64,000 nucleotides of DNA from an uncultured Chloroflexia bacterium (GCA_963748625.1 CAVVJT010000004.1:224001-288000); one strand, 5' to 3'; counted from the first letter of the stretch, positions 1 to 12,149 are shown. A program made the numbers and translations. The notes: generated from the sequence alone by a model not told the origin.

Positions 1-240
1 ATCACCGCCGAGGCCGGCCAGTCGATCGCGGCCGCGCTGCTTGCGGCGGGGATCCGCTCCTGGCGGACCACGCGCGAGGCGGGCAGCCCGCGCGGCCTGT
101 TCTGCGGCATCGGCATCTGCTTCGACTGCCTGGTCGTCGTGAATGACACTCCGGGCACCAGGGCCTGCCTCACGGACGCGCACGACGGCGACGATGTCAC
201 CACCCAGGAGGGGTCCGGCCATGCCGATCTCGTCCGCTGA
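1..240 (+). CDS. (2Fe-2S)-binding small subunit of a D-hydroxyproline/opine-type dehydrogenase (5' partial)
   Basis: Frame 1 reads ITAEAGQSIAAALLAAG...RGLFCGIGICFDCLVVVN...RACL...* (TGA 238-240), a Fer2_4-type CxxGxCxxC...RAC motif. Not in the ORF track because the start lies outside the window. Confidence 0.85.
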   Translation: MTAEAGQSIAAALLAAGIRSWRTTREAGSPRGLFCGIGICFDCLVVVNDTPGTRACLTDAHDGDDVTTQEGSGHADLVR

Positions 241-1744
241 CGTGTTCGACATCCTCGTGATCGGGGCCGGGCCGGCCGGGCTGTCCGCGGCCACGGCGGC
301 TGCACGGATTGGCCTCACCGCCGGCATCCGCGTCGCGCTCCTCGATGCAGGCGCCAGGCTTGGCGGCCAGTACTGGCGCCACCGTCCCGACGACACGGGC
401 GCCGGCCACCACGACTGGGACGCGTTCATGGGCTTGCGCGCGGCGGTCGAGGCGCTGCGCCTGACACGGGCCCTCACCTACCTCCCCGAGCACCCGGTGT
501 GGCACCTCGAGCGGAGCGCCGACGGCTATACCGCGCACGTCTCCCACGCCAACGGCGCGCGCGAGGTCCATGCCCGGGCGGTGGTCCTGGCGACCGGCGC
601 GTACGACCGCCAGCTCCCCTTCCCCGGCTGGACGCTCCCCGGCGTGTTCACCGCGGGCGGCGTGCAGGCGCTCCTCAAAGGGCAGGGGGTCGTTGCCGGG
701 CGACGGATCGTGGTCGCCGGGACGGGGCCGTTCCTGCTGCCGGTGGCGGCGGGACTCGCCGAGGCGGGCGCGGACGTGGCGGGCGTGTTCGAGGCAGGGC
801 GGCCGACCGCGGTCCTGCGGCATCCGGTGACGGCCGCCCGGAACGCGGGCAAGCTGCGAGAGGCGGCGGGCTACATGGCGACCCTTGCCCGCCACCGGGT
901 CCCCTACCGGACCGGGCGTACGGTCATCGCGGCCCATGCGGACGCCAGCGGTGGTGCCGTCGGCTCGGTCACCACCGCCTCGCTCGACGCGGACTGGCGG
1001 ATCAAGCAGGGCTCGGAGGAGCGCCTCGACTGCGACACCGTCGCCGTGGGTTACGGGTTCACGCCGCAGGTTGAGCTCGCCGCGGACATCGGCTGCGCGA
1101 TGGCCATGGATGCGGACGGCAGCCTGGTTGTCACGGTGGACGCCGCGCAACGCTCCAGCGTTGATGGCGCATTCGTGGCTGGCGAGGCGTGCGGCGTCGG
1201 CGGTTCGGCCCTCGCCCTGGTCGAGGGTGCGCTCGCCGGTCTGCACGCAGCAGCCTCCGCCACGGGACGGCGTCCCGAGCTGGGCCCCCAGGCAGCGCTC
1301 GAGCGGCACCGGGACAAGCTCCACGCGTTCGCCGCGCTGCTGCCCGCAGCCTGGCCGGTGAAGCCCGGCTGGCGGACGTGGGTCACCGACGAGACCATCG
1401 TCTGCCGCTGCGAGGAGGTCCCAGCGGCATCGATCCGGGCCGCCGTCACCGAGCTGGGCGCCACGGACGCCCGTGCCACGAAGCTGTTCGCCCGAGCCGG
1501 CATGGGCCTGTGCCAGGGGCGCGTGTGCGGGTACGCCACTGCCGCCCTCACCGCACAGGCGCTCACCCGCGATGTCACACCGGACGACCTTCACGCCTCC
1601 GTCCGACGCCCGGTCGCCTGGCCGATCACCTTCGGCGCGCTCGCTGCCCAGCCCGGGACGGTCGCTGTCCCGCCCCCCTTCACCGCCGCATCGACCCCAA
1701 CACGGACCCCGAAACCACAACTCTCCGAGGAGGATCCCGCATGA
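221..1744 (+). CDS. FAD/NAD(P)-dependent oxidoreductase, large subunit of a D-hydroxyproline/opine dehydrogenase-like complex
   Basis: GAGPAG Rossmann motif, ATGAYDR..PFPGWTLPGV, C-terminal CRCEEV...GMGLCQGRVC [2Fe-2S] site; SD GGAG before ATG 221. Confidence 0.85.
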   Translation: MPISSADVFDILVIGAGPAGLSAATAAARIGLTAGIRVALLDAGARLGGQYWRHRPDDTGAGHHDWDAFMGLRAAVEALRLTRALTYLPEHPVWHLERSADGYTAHVSHANGAREVHARAVVLATGAYDRQLPFPGWTLPGVFTAGGVQALLKGQGVVAGRRIVVAGTGPFLLPVAAGLAEAGADVAGVFEAGRPTAVLRHPVTAARNAGKLREAAGYMATLARHRVPYRTGRTVIAAHADASGGAVGSVTTASLDADWRIKQGSEERLDCDTVAVGYGFTPQVELAADIGCAMAMDADGSLVVTVDAAQRSSVDGAFVAGEACGVGGSALALVEGALAGLHAAASATGRRPELGPQAALERHRDKLHAFAALLPAAWPVKPGWRTWVTDETIVCRCEEVPAASIRAAVTELGATDARATKLFARAGMGLCQGRVCGYATAALTAQALTRDVTPDDLHASVRRPVAWPITFGALAAQPGTVAVPPPFTAASTPTRTPKPQLSEEDPA

Positions 1745-2658
1745 CCGAGACAACCGCGCTTGCCGCCCCCTGGCACGGCATCCTCGTCGCCACCGCCCTG
1801 CCGCTCCGCCCCGATGCGGGCGGCGCCCTCCAGGTGGACTTCGACGGCTACGCCGACCACGTCCGCTGGCTGGCTGACAACGGCTGCCACGGCGTCGTCC
1901 CGAACGGCTCCCTGGGCGAGTACCAGACCCTGACGGCCGCCGACCGCGCCCGCGTGGTGGAGGTCGCCATCGAGGCCGCGCCCGAGGGCTTCACGGTCAT
2001 GCCCGGCGTCGCAGCCTACGGCGCCGACGAGGCCCGGCGCTGGACCGAGCAGGCCGCCGAGGCCGGCGCCCCGTGCGTGATGCTCCTCCCGCCCAATGCC
2101 TACCGCGCGGACACCCGCTCGGTCATCGCCCACTACCGCGAGGTCGCGAGGGCGGGCGTGCCCATCGTCGCGTACAACAACCCGTACGACACCAAGGTGG
2201 ACCTCGTGCCCGAGCTCCTCGCGGAGCTGCACAAGGAGGGGCTCATCGTGGGTGTCAAGGAGTTCAGCGGCGACGTCCGGCGCATGTACCAGATCCAGGA
2301 GCTCGCACCGGACCTCGACGTCCTCTGCGGGTCGGATGACGTGACGATGGAGCTGGGCATGACCGGGGCCGTCGGCTGGATCGCGGGCTACCCCAACGCC
2401 TTCCCGCGCGCGTGCGCGGACCTGTGGGCCCAGTCGATCGCGGGCGACCTGGACGCGGCACTGCCGCTCTACCGCCAGCTCCACCCGCTCCTGCGCTGGG
2501 ACTCCAAGACCGAGTTCGTCCAGGCGATCAAGCTCTCGATGGACATGGTCGGCCGGTACGGTGGCCCGTGCCGCCTGCCGCGCGTGCCGCTCACGCCCGA
2601 GCAGGAGGCAGTCGTCCGCGCTGCCACCGACGCCGCGATCACGGCCGGGCTCGCCTGA
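1741..2658 (+). CDS. dihydrodipicolinate synthase family protein (probable Delta1-pyrroline-4-hydroxy-2-carboxylate deaminase)
   Basis: NGSLGE motif, YNNP, catalytic Lys in GVKEFSGD; SD GAGGAGG; next to a proline racemase family gene. Confidence 0.85.
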   Translation: MTETTALAAPWHGILVATALPLRPDAGGALQVDFDGYADHVRWLADNGCHGVVPNGSLGEYQTLTAADRARVVEVAIEAAPEGFTVMPGVAAYGADEARRWTEQAAEAGAPCVMLLPPNAYRADTRSVIAHYREVARAGVPIVAYNNPYDTKVDLVPELLAELHKEGLIVGVKEFSGDVRRMYQIQELAPDLDVLCGSDDVTMELGMTGAVGWIAGYPNAFPRACADLWAQSIAGDLDAALPLYRQLHPLLRWDSKTEFVQAIKLSMDMVGRYGGPCRLPRVPLTPEQEAVVRAATDAAITAGLA

Positions 2659-2697
2659 GCGCGGGGCCAGGGCCGAACCGGAGCTGAGGCAGGAACC

Positions 2698-3705
2698 ATG
2701 CGTACGAACCGGGTCTTCCACGCGGTGGACTCGCACACCGAGGGCATGCCCACCCGCGTCATCACGGGCGGCGTGGGCGTGATCCCAGGCGCGTCGATGT
2801 TCGACCGCCGCCGCTACTTCCTCGACAACATGGACTCGATCAGGAAGTTCCTGATGAACGAGCCACGCGGCCACGCGTCGATGAGCGGCGCCATCCTCCA
2901 GCCGCCGACGCGCCCGGACGCCGACTACGGTGTGCTCTATATCGAGGTGTCCGGCTGCCTGCCGATGTGCGGGCACGGGACGATGGGCGTGGCGACGGTG
3001 CTGGTCGAGACCGGCATGGTCGAGGTGACCGAGCCCGTCACGACGATCCGCCTGGACACCCCGGCCGGCCTCGTCATCGCGGAGGTCGCCGTGGAGGGCG
3101 GCGCCGCCAAGGCGGTCACGATCACCAACGTCCCCTCGTTCGCGGTAGGCCTCGACCGGACGGTGGCCGTGCCCGGCTACGGCGACGTCGTCTACGACAT
3201 GGCGTTCGGCGGCAACTTCTATGCCATCGTGGAGCTGGAGAAGCTGGGCCTCCCGTTCGACCGCGCCGCCAAGAACGAGCTGCTGGCCGCGGGCCTCGCG
3301 ATCATGGACGCGGTCAATCTCGCCGACATGCCCGTGCACCCCGAGAACCCGGAGATCGCGGGCGTCCACCACGTCTACCTCCAGGCACCCGGCTCCGACG
3401 CCCGCCACTCGCGCCATGCGATGGCGATCCACCCCGGCTGGTTCGACCGCTCGCCCTGCGGCACGGGGACATCGGCGCGCATGGCACAGCTGCACGCACG
3501 CGGCCTGCTCCCCCTCCACCAGGACTTCCGCAACGACTCGTTCATCGGGACGACGTTCACTGGCAGGCTGGTGGAGGAGACCACCGTCGCGGACGGCTCG
3601 ATCGCGGCGGTCATCCCCACGATCACCGGCCGGGCCTGGGTCACAGGCACGGCCCAGTACATGTACGACCCGGCCGACCCGTTCCCCGAAGGGTTCGAGC
3701 TCTAG
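2698..3705 (+). CDS. proline racemase family protein (probable 4-hydroxyproline 2-epimerase)
   Basis: DSHTEGMPTR, EPRGH, MCGH and DRSPCGTG: both catalytic Cys present. Confidence 0.92.
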   Translation: MRTNRVFHAVDSHTEGMPTRVITGGVGVIPGASMFDRRRYFLDNMDSIRKFLMNEPRGHASMSGAILQPPTRPDADYGVLYIEVSGCLPMCGHGTMGVATVLVETGMVEVTEPVTTIRLDTPAGLVIAEVAVEGGAAKAVTITNVPSFAVGLDRTVAVPGYGDVVYDMAFGGNFYAIVELEKLGLPFDRAAKNELLAAGLAIMDAVNLADMPVHPENPEIAGVHHVYLQAPGSDARHSRHAMAIHPGWFDRSPCGTGTSARMAQLHARGLLPLHQDFRNDSFIGTTFTGRLVEETTVADGSIAAVIPTITGRAWVTGTAQYMYDPADPFPEGFEL

Positions 3706-3707
3706 GC

Positions 3708-4424
3708 ATGGCGTCCGAGCCCGCCCCGACGACCACCGGGGTCCCCTCGCTGGCCTCGCTGCCGGACCTGCGCGGGCGGCGGTCCCTGCGCGAGGAGATC
3801 ACCACGATCCTGCGGGGCGCGGTGATGTCGGGCGAGATGGAGCCAGGCATCGTGTACTCGGCGCCGTCGCTGGCCGAGCGGTTCGGGGTGTCGGCCACGC
3901 CGGTCCGCGAGGCGATGCTGGACCTCGCCAAGGAGGGCCTGGTCGAGGTCGTCCCGAACAAGGGCTTCCGCGTGGTCCAGCTGTCCGGCGCCGAGCTCGA
4001 CGCACTCACGGAGATCCGGTTCCTGCTCGAGGTGCCCGTGGTCCGCCGCCTGGCCGAGGACGGCGTCCCACGCGACGCCCTCGAGGCCCTGCGGCCGCTT
4101 GCCGAAGCCGTCGAGGACGCGGCCCGCCGTCGCGACTTCATCGCCCATGTCACCTTCGACCTGGACTTCCACCTGGGCCTGCTGGCCCTCGGCGGCAACC
4201 CCCGGCTGGTGGAGATCGTGCGCTCGCTCCGCCAGGGATCGCGCCTCTACGGTCTGCGCGGGCTGCCCGACGACGCGTCGGTTCTCGCCTCCTTCCACGA
4301 ACACGCGGAGCTGCTGGACCTGATCACGGCACGCGATGCCGAGGGCGCCGAAGCCCTGATGCGCCGCCACATCAGGCATGTCCGCGGGGTCTGGGCGGAC
4401 CCGGCCGCCGCCGAACCCGCCTGA
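3708..4424 (+). CDS. GntR/FCD family transcriptional regulator
   Basis: wHTH LAERFGVSATPVREAM...VPNKGFRV; FCD domain with DFH and EHAELL motifs. Confidence 0.9.
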   Translation: MASEPAPTTTGVPSLASLPDLRGRRSLREEITTILRGAVMSGEMEPGIVYSAPSLAERFGVSATPVREAMLDLAKEGLVEVVPNKGFRVVQLSGAELDALTEIRFLLEVPVVRRLAEDGVPRDALEALRPLAEAVEDAARRRDFIAHVTFDLDFHLGLLALGGNPRLVEIVRSLRQGSRLYGLRGLPDDASVLASFHEHAELLDLITARDAEGAEALMRRHIRHVRGVWADPAAAEPA

Positions 4425-4431
4425 GCAGAGC

Positions 4432-4509
4432 GCTCGCCTCGGCGGGCGCGTGCAGCGGGGCTCGCCTCGGCGGGCGCGTGCAGCGGGGCTCGCCTCAGCG
4501 GGCGCGTGC
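4432..4509. repeat. 28-bp tandem repeat, about 2.8 copies
   Basis: gctcgcctcggcgggcgcgtgcagcggg at 4432 and 4460, partial copy at 4488. Confidence 0.9.
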
Positions 4510-4541
4510 CTCCGGCCTGCCCGGGTCCCCGGCGCACTCCA

Positions 4542-4800
4542 CTCCCGCCCGGCGGGCCTTGCGTGCAGAACTGCGCGCAGATGAACCGCCACGCGGGCAG
4601 ATCGGTGGCCGGAGTGCCCGATTCGGCCGGATCGTGCCGCTGGGCGGGCAGGGTGCGCGGAACCCTGCGCACAGTGCCCGCCGGGCGGGAGGCGAGGGTG
4701 TGGCGCGACCCTCGGCCGGATCGTGCCGCTGGGCGGGCAGGGTGCTCGGAACCCTGCGCACAGTGCCCGCCGGGCGGGAGGCGAGGGTGTGGGCGACCCA
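4542..4800. repeat. palindromic/TIR mini-element family A, copy 1 (4542-4691), with 89-bp tandem duplication of the right half
   Basis: ctcccgcccggcgggc...gcccgccgggcgggag is a perfect 16-bp IR; 4623-4711 is nearly repeated at 4712-4800; similar to 39386-39515. Confidence 0.8.
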
Positions 4801-4944
4801 CCGCCCGCGACCCACGGCCCAAGGGGCCAGACCGGCCGGAGCGTCGCCGCAGGTCGGGCGGGCCGGCTGCGCCGACGCCGGCGCCCGGGCATGGGAACGC
4901 CCCCGGCGGTGCCGAGGGCGCGTGAGCGGCCGGGTGACGCGGAC

Positions 4945-6255
<1,311 letters not shown>

Positions 6256-6272
6256 GGCGTCGCTCCCCTGGC

Positions 6273-6953
6273 CTAGCGGGTCGCCGGTCCGGGGCCCGGC
6301 TCACCCGGGTCCGCCACCGACGATCCCTCGCCGCCCACCAGGCCCAGATCGTGCGCCTGCGCGATCAGGGAGTCACCGGGGACGGTGTACACGGCGTCGA
6401 TGATGCCATACGCCTTCGCGTCCTCGGGCGACATGAACAGGTCACGGTTCGTGTCCTGGTTCACCTTCTCGAACGGCTGGCCCGTGTGCTTGGCCAGGAT
6501 CTCGGTGTTGCGCTTGACCAGGAACTCCCACTCCCGCATCTGGATCATCGCGTCCGGGGCGTTACCGCGGAAGCCGCCGCTGCCCTGGTGGATCATGATC
6601 CGGCTGTTGGGGAGCGCGAACCGCTTGCCCGGGGCGCCGGCCGAGAGCAGCACGGCGGCCATGGACGCGGCCATGCCGAGGCAGATGGTGCTGACCGGGG
6701 CCCGCAGGTACTGCATCGTGTCGTAGATGGCGAGCCCCGAGTTGACGACGCCGCCGGGCGAGTTGATGTAGAGGCTGATGTCCTTCTCGGGGTCCTCGGA
6801 CTCCAGGAACAGCAGCTGGGCGATGATCAGGTTGGCGAGGTGGTCCTCGATCGCGTCGCCCAGGAAGATGATCCGTTCCTTGAGCAGGCGCGAGTAGATG
6901 TCATACGCGCGTTCACCACGGCTGGTGGACTCGATGACCATCGGGACGAGCAT
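6273..6953 (-). CDS. clpP: ATP-dependent Clp protease proteolytic subunit
   Basis: [40 protein letters not shown] (Ser), IMIHQ (His); SD GGAGG. Confidence 0.97.
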   Translation of the reverse strand: MLVPMVIESTSRGERAYDIYSRLLKERIIFLGDAIEDHLANLIIAQLLFLESEDPEKDISLYINSPGGVVNSGLAIYDTMQYLRAPVSTICLGMAASMAAVLLSAGAPGKRFALPNSRIMIHQGSGGFRGNAPDAMIQMREWEFLVKRNTEILAKHTGQPFEKVNQDTNRDLFMSPEDAKAYGIIDAVYTVPGDSLIAQAHDLGLVGGEGSSVADPGEPGPGPATR

Positions 6954-7003
6954 CTGGGGTCTCCCCTCCTGCTGACGGTCGGACATTGGCCGGGTGGCGG
7001 TGG

Positions 7004-8413
7004 CTACTCGATGGATGCCGGGATGGAGCCCGGATCGGTGGCGTCGATGGAAGCGGCGGCCTCCGCGCTCCCGGCAGCGACGGCTGAGGGCGCGTCGTCC
7101 TCGAGGTGCGGCAGGGCCGGGTGCTCCGGGTGCGCGACGAGCCACTGGTCAACGAGCTGCTCGACGACCCGGGTGCGCCGCAGGGTGCTGCGGATGAAGT
7201 TGCGACCCCGCTCGGATTCGAAGTACGCGACGGTCTTGGCGTCGTCGTAGCGGGCGCGGGCGGTGGCGACCTCGCCCTCGACCTCGGCCTCGGTGACCAC
7301 GACGCCCTCCGCGTCGGCGATCTTCGAGAGAACGAGCAGGACCTTCGTCCGATGCTCAGCGCGCGGGCGGAACTCGTCGTGGAGATCCTTCTCGGACTTG
7401 CCGGTGGCCTTGAGGTACGCCTCCTCGCCGATGCCCTGGCGGGCCAGCGTGGCGCGGAACTCGTCGTGCATCACCTCGACCTCCTGGTCCACCAGGATGT
7501 CGGGCAGGTCGATGGTGCTGTTGGCGACCGCATACTCGATGACCTTGTCCGCGAACTCGTGGCGGGCCTTGTCGAGCGCGTTGCGGCGGAGCCGCTCGTC
7601 GATGTCGGCCTTCAAGGCAGCCAGGGTCACGTAGTCGCCCATGTTGCGCGCGAAGTCGTCATCGGCATCCGGGAGGACCTTCTCGCGGAGCTCCTTGAGA
7701 TCCACGTCGAAGTGGACCTCCTGGCCCGCGAGGCTCTCCTCGGGGTAGTCCTCGGGGAAGGTGATCTCGAAGCCCTTCTCCTCGCCCGGCTTGAGGCCCA
7801 CCAGGTTGGCCTCGAAGCCCGGGATCAGGCGGTCCTCGCCGATGATCAATGGCATGCGCTCGGACGTGCCGCCATCGAACGGGACGCCGTCCTTGGTGCC
7901 CTTGAAGCCGATCACCGCCCAGTCGCCGTCCTTGGCCGCGCGGTCCTCGACCGGGGCGAGGGTGGCGTTCTGGTCGCGCAGCTCCTCGACGACCTTGTCC
8001 ACCTTCTCCGCATCGATCGTCTCGATCTCGGGGGCGAAGTTGAAGTTCCGGTAGTCGCCGAGCTCCACCTCGGGGCGGACCTGGATCGTGGCCTTGAACT
8101 TGAGGTCCTTGCCCTCCTCGGCCTCGAGGATCTCGACGTCGGCGTTGGTGAGCGGGACGATGCCCTGCTCGATCACCGCGTCGCGGTAGGAGGCTTGGAC
8201 GAGCTGCTCGACGGCCTCGTCAACCACCGCCGTGGGCCCGAGCACACGCTCGAGGATCGGGCGGGGCGCCTTGCCCGGACGGAAGCCTGCGACGCGGGTG
8301 CGCCGCGACAGGCGGCCCGTGGCCTCGCGGATGGCGCGGTCGAGGCGCTCGGAAGGGACCTCGATCTCGAGGACGATCGTGCTCTTGGGAGCGGGGGTGG
8401 CAGTCACATTCAT
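7004..8413 (-). CDS. tig: trigger factor
   Basis: GFRPGKAP ribosome-binding signature, FKBP domain (IPGFE...FPEDY); tig-clpP-clpX synteny; start MNVTA at 8413. Confidence 0.97.
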   Translation of the reverse strand: MNVTATPAPKSTIVLEIEVPSERLDRAIREATGRLSRRTRVAGFRPGKAPRPILERVLGPTAVVDEAVEQLVQASYRDAVIEQGIVPLTNADVEILEAEEGKDLKFKATIQVRPEVELGDYRNFNFAPEIETIDAEKVDKVVEELRDQNATLAPVEDRAAKDGDWAVIGFKGTKDGVPFDGGTSERMPLIIGEDRLIPGFEANLVGLKPGEEKGFEITFPEDYPEESLAGQEVHFDVDLKELREKVLPDADDDFARNMGDYVTLAALKADIDERLRRNALDKARHEFADKVIEYAVANSTIDLPDILVDQEVEVMHDEFRATLARQGIGEEAYLKATGKSEKDLHDEFRPRAEHRTKVLLVLSKIADAEGVVVTEAEVEGEVATARARYDDAKTVAYFESERGRNFIRSTLRRTRVVEQLVDQWLVAHPEHPALPHLEDDAPSAVAAGSAEAAASIDATDPGSIPASIE

Positions 8414-8422
8414 CGCCCGGCG

Positions 8423-8428
8423 AGTATA
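8423..8428 (-). promoter_or_regulatory. -10 box (TATACT) for tig, near-leaderless
   Basis: TATACT 9 nt upstream of the ATG, no SD. Confidence 0.5.
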
Positions 8429-8490
8429 GGGTGGGTCAGCCCTGCGGGCGGGCGGCGGGCGGCGAACCGCCGGTCCGTGGCGGCGGCGAC

Positions 8491-11400
8491 TTACGGGGAC
8501 GTGCTCGATGCGGCGCTTCCGGCGACCACACGGCCGAGCACTGCGAGCATCGCGCGGGCGTCGAGGCCCTCGAGGATCTCGTACGAGCGGGCGGCTGCCA
8601 CGACGGCCAGATCGTCGTCCGGGCCCAGGGTTGCCGCCGCCACGATTCCCGTTATCGCCTCCGGATACGGCAGCTCCATCGTCGCGAGGCGGTCGAGCGC
8701 GCTGCGGAACCCGGCGCGGGCCTCGTCCGGCCGGCCGTCGAGAGCCGCGATCCCTGCCATGATCGCCGTGCGGTGGATGGTGATCATCCGGCCATGGGCG
8801 CCGGTCGCCGCAAGCGCCTCGAGGTCGGCACGCGCAGCGGCGACATCCCGCTCCAGGAGGGACAGCCGGGCCGCGTCGACGAGGGCGGCCGGGGCGTTCA
8901 GGGCGTTGATTGCAGCGACTTGCCGGAGATGGCCGGCGGCCTCGGCCAGGTTCCCGACCGCAAGCGCCCGCTCGGCGCGTGCCTGCAGCACCAGGAAGGT
9001 TGTGACTTCGGAGTCGTCCTCGGCGACGAGGGCACCGAGCCGGGCGAAGAGGACATCGGTCGACCTGCCCCGACGGCTCTCGAGGACGATGCGCTCCATG
9101 AGTGCGAACATCCGGTCGAGCGACGAGAGAGCCTCGGCCTCGAGCCGGTCGAGCGTGTCGGCTGCGAACGACCAAGCTCCGGCGTCCCACGCCCCGTCGA
9201 TGCAGTTGTTGAGGGCCCGATGGCGGTCGACCGTTGAGCCGACACGCCTGGCCAGCTCCGCGAGCTCCAGGTGCAGGTTGAACGACGCCCGTGGATCGAG
9301 GATCATGAGTGCGAGCGCCTTGGAGCTGATGCCGCGCATGACCACCATCGGCAGCTCGAGCTCGGTTGCAAGGGCGATGGCTCCGTCGATATCCGCGATC
9401 CCCTCGTACGAACGGCCCAGGTCGCACAGCGCCGCCCCGCGGATGGCGAGTGCCTCGGCAACGAGCGGCGCCAGGTCAAGCGCCTCGGCCGTCGCGAGGA
9501 GGCCGTCCAGCACGACGATCGCCTCGCCGCTCTCATCGGCGAGGTAGTGCAACATCCCGAGGACGAGGTCCAGGCCGAGCACCGCCGGATCGTCGCGGAG
9601 GTGGCCCGTCTCGGTGATCGCCTCGTGTGCCACCTTGCGGGCATCGGCGAGCCGGTAGTCGAGGAGATAACGGCGTCCGAGCGCGGTTGCCGCCCGTGCG
9701 AGGCCGCGCTTGTCCCCCATCGCCCTGAACCCGGTGACCGCGTCGAGCAGCAAGGCCTCCGCGGCATCGAGGGCCACGGCGAGCGAGGCGCACTCGCCCG
9801 CGCTGAGCTGCAGCCGAGCACGTTCCGCTGGCTCGTCGGTCACCTGCAGAGCCTGTTCGAACAGCCGGTACGCCTGGCCGTTCGCGCCGAGCACACGCGC
9901 CCGGCCCCCGGCTGCCGTGAGCGCGATCCGCGCTTGCGCGCCGAGGGCGGCGGCCTCGTCAGGCCCTGCGGCAAGCCCGTGCGCCGCCAGGTAGTGACCC
10001 GCGAGGGCACCCGCGATCTCGTCCGTGCCCACGGACTCGAAGTAGCGGGCCGCCGCCAGGTGCCGCGCCTTCCTGTCCCGCTTTGCGAGCGTGTTGTAGG
10101 CCACCTCGCGGATCAGGGCCTGCACGAAGGCATACTGCCCGCGCTCGGGGCTCCGCGGGTCCACCTGGTGGGCGAACACCTCACGCCGGACGAGGCCCCG
10201 GAGGTGCGCCTCGACGACCTCGATATCGGTGCCCCCAATCGCGGCCAGCGCTGAGATGGGGAACGCCTGACCCAGCACCGCTGCGTCGAGCACCAGCGAC
10301 CGGTCCACCGGCTCGAGGGCGTCCAGGCGGGCCGCGATCAGGGCGGTCAGCGTATCGGGGACGGCGAGGTCCGCGAGGTCGCCCGTCGGCTGGAAGCGGC
10401 CGTCGTCGGACGGCGTGAGCTTGCCGTCCGCCACGAGCATGCGCACCGTCTCGACCGCGTACAGGGGCACGCCCTCGGCGCGGGCCACGATCGCGTCCAC
10501 CGCCTTGGGCCCCATGCCCGGGGCGAGGCCGGCGAGCAGCTGGCGCATAGCGGCCTCGGGGAGCGGCTCGAGGAACAGGCTGGTGAAGCTCCGCCGCCCG
10601 ACCGCCCAGTCCGGGTGCTTGTCGAGCAGCTCCGGGCGGGCCAGGGTGACGATGTATATCGGTGACGTGCGGGACCACTCGAGGAGGTTGTCGATGAGCT
10701 CCAGGGTGCCGCTGTCGGCCCAGTGGAGGTCCTCGAACACCAGCACGACCGTCCCTGTCGTGGACATCCGCTCGAAGAAGGTGCGCCAGGCACCCAGCAG
10801 CTGCTCCGGACCAACCGGCTGGCCGAAGCCGAGGACCGCCAGCAGGGCGGGTTCGATCCAGCCACGGTCCTTGGGATCGAGCGCCAGCCGGTCGAGGAAG
10901 GCGCCGACGCCGGCGCGCGTCGTGGCCTCATCGTCCCCCTCGGCCAGGCCCGCACGCTGGCGGATCATCTCGCCCAGCGGCCAGAACGTGACGCCTTCCC
11001 CGTGGGCGGGCGAGCGACCGTGATGCCACCAGACGACGTCGATGATGCCGTCCAGGTACTTCTCGAACTCCCAGGCGAGCCGGCTCTTGCCGATGCCGCC
11101 GATCCCGGTGACCGACACGAGTCGCGCGCGCTGCTCCCGGGCAGTCGCGTGGAACAGGTCCTTGAGCAGGCGCAACTCGTCGTCGCGGCCAACGAAGGGT
11201 GCCTCAAGGGCATCCGCACGCCCGGCCCCGCGCCGCTCGGCGACCACCCGCAGCGCCCGCCACACGGGCACCGGGCTGGTCTTGCCCTTGAGCGTCCTCG
11301 ATCCGGCAGGCTCGTAGGCGATGGCCTGCGCCGCGGCGCGGTACGTCGTCTCGCCCACAAGCACCGTGCCCGGCTCCGCGGCGGACTGGATCCGGGCGGC

Positions 11401-12006
11401 GGTGTTGACGAGGTCGCCCGCGACCATGCCCTGGTTCATGGCGCCGAGCGTGACCGCCGCCTCCCCCGTGAGGACACCGGCACGTGCGCTGATGCCCGGC
11501 CAGAGCTGCGGCACGGCAGCCACGATATCGAGCGCCGCGCGGACGCTGCGCTCTGCGTCGTCCTCGTGAACGGCGGGCGTGCCCCAGACCGCCATGACCG
11601 CATCGCCGATGAACTTCTCGACGGTCCCGCCATACCGCGCGACGATCTCGCTCGCCGCATCGAAGTACGTGCTGAGCGTCTCGCGGACGTCCTCCGCGTC
11701 ATGCTCCTCGGCGAACGGGGTGAACCCGACGATGTCGGCGAAGAGGACGGTGACCAGGCGACGCTCGGCGACGGGCTGGGCGCCCGCCGGCCGGGCGCCC
11801 GCAGGCATGATGCCCGCGGGCACGGCGGTGTGGTCCGCGCCAGGCGCCTCGGCAGCACCCAGCGACGCGCCGCAGGTGCCACAGAACCTGTGGCCGTCCG
11901 GATTGACGAAGCCGCACGCGGGGCAACCTGAGGCCAATGCCGTGCCACAGGAGCCACAGAACCTGTGGCCTGGCGGATTCAGCGTCCCGCACGCCTGACA
12001 GATCAA
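8491..12006 (-). CDS. class III adenylate/guanylate cyclase with double zinc ribbon, STAND-type ATPase and TPR-like helical region
   Basis: Four CxxC pairs; LFADIVGFT, EKFIGDAVMA, GDLVNTAAR; FVGRDDEL, GIGGIGKSRL, FEDLHWAD. Likely TTG start at 12006 after GAGGGG. Confidence 0.9.
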   Translation of the reverse strand: MICQACGTLNPPGHRFCGSCGTALASGCPACGFVNPDGHRFCGTCGASLGAAEAPGADHTAVPAGIMPAGARPAGAQPVAERRLVTVLFADIVGFTPFAEEHDAEDVRETLSTYFDAASEIVARYGGTVEKFIGDAVMAVWGTPAVHEDDAERSVRAALDIVAAVPQLWPGISARAGVLTGEAAVTLGAMNQGMVAGDLVNTAARIQSAAEPGTVLVGETTYRAAAQAIAYEPAGSRTLKGKTSPVPVWRALRVVAERRGAGRADALEAPFVGRDDELRLLKDLFHATAREQRARLVSVTGIGGIGKSRLAWEFEKYLDGIIDVVWWHHGRSPAHGEGVTFWPLGEMIRQRAGLAEGDDEATTRAGVGAFLDRLALDPKDRGWIEPALLAVLGFGQPVGPEQLLGAWRTFFERMSTTGTVVLVFEDLHWADSGTLELIDNLLEWSRTSPIYIVTLARPELLDKHPDWAVGRRSFTSLFLEPLPEAAMRQLLAGLAPGMGPKAVDAIVARAEGVPLYAVETVRMLVADGKLTPSDDGRFQPTGDLADLAVPDTLTALIAARLDALEPVDRSLVLDAAVLGQAFPISALAAIGGTDIEVVEAHLRGLVRREVFAHQVDPRSPERGQYAFVQALIREVAYNTLAKRDRKARHLAAARYFESVGTDEIAGALAGHYLAAHGLAAGPDEAAALGAQARIALTAAGGRARVLGANGQAYRLFEQALQVTDEPAERARLQLSAGECASLAVALDAAEALLLDAVTGFRAMGDKRGLARAATALGRRYLLDYRLADARKVAHEAITETGHLRDDPAVLGLDLVLGMLHYLADESGEAIVVLDGLLATAEALDLAPLVAEALAIRGAALCDLGRSYEGIADIDGAIALATELELPMVVMRGISSKALALMILDPRASFNLHLELAELARRVGSTVDRHRALNNCIDGAWDAGAWSFAADTLDRLEAEALSSLDRMFALMERIVLESRRGRSTDVLFARLGALVAEDDSEVTTFLVLQARAERALAVGNLAEAAGHLRQVAAINALNAPAALVDAARLSLLERDVAAARADLEALAATGAHGRMITIHRTAIMAGIAALDGRPDEARAGFRSALDRLATMELPYPEAITGIVAAATLGPDDDLAVVAAARSYEILEGLDARAMLAVLGRVVAGSAASSTSP

Positions 12007-12143
12007 CCCCACCCCTCGTCCTGTGCCCAGGGACTCCCTGCAGCGACGATAACCGAATGGCCGCCCGCCCGACAGGCCGGTGGACACCCCACGGCGGGCC
12101 GTCAGTCGTTCCTTCACGGCGACGGCACGGCACCGGGGAACGG

Positions 12144-12149
12144 TAGACT
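12144..12149 (+). promoter_or_regulatory. -10 box (TAGACT) for tRNA-Leu
   Basis: TAGACT ends 8 nt before the tRNA 5' end. Confidence 0.55.

Noticed and set aside
4432-4509. 28-bp repeats as a mini-CRISPR
   Set aside because: Head-to-tail tandem copies with no spacers.
7106-9547. Many long overlapping alternative-frame ORFs, such as the 813-aa plus-strand ORF and the N-terminal extension of tig to 9427
   Set aside because: Expected from stop-codon scarcity at high GC; low-complexity translations with no motifs.
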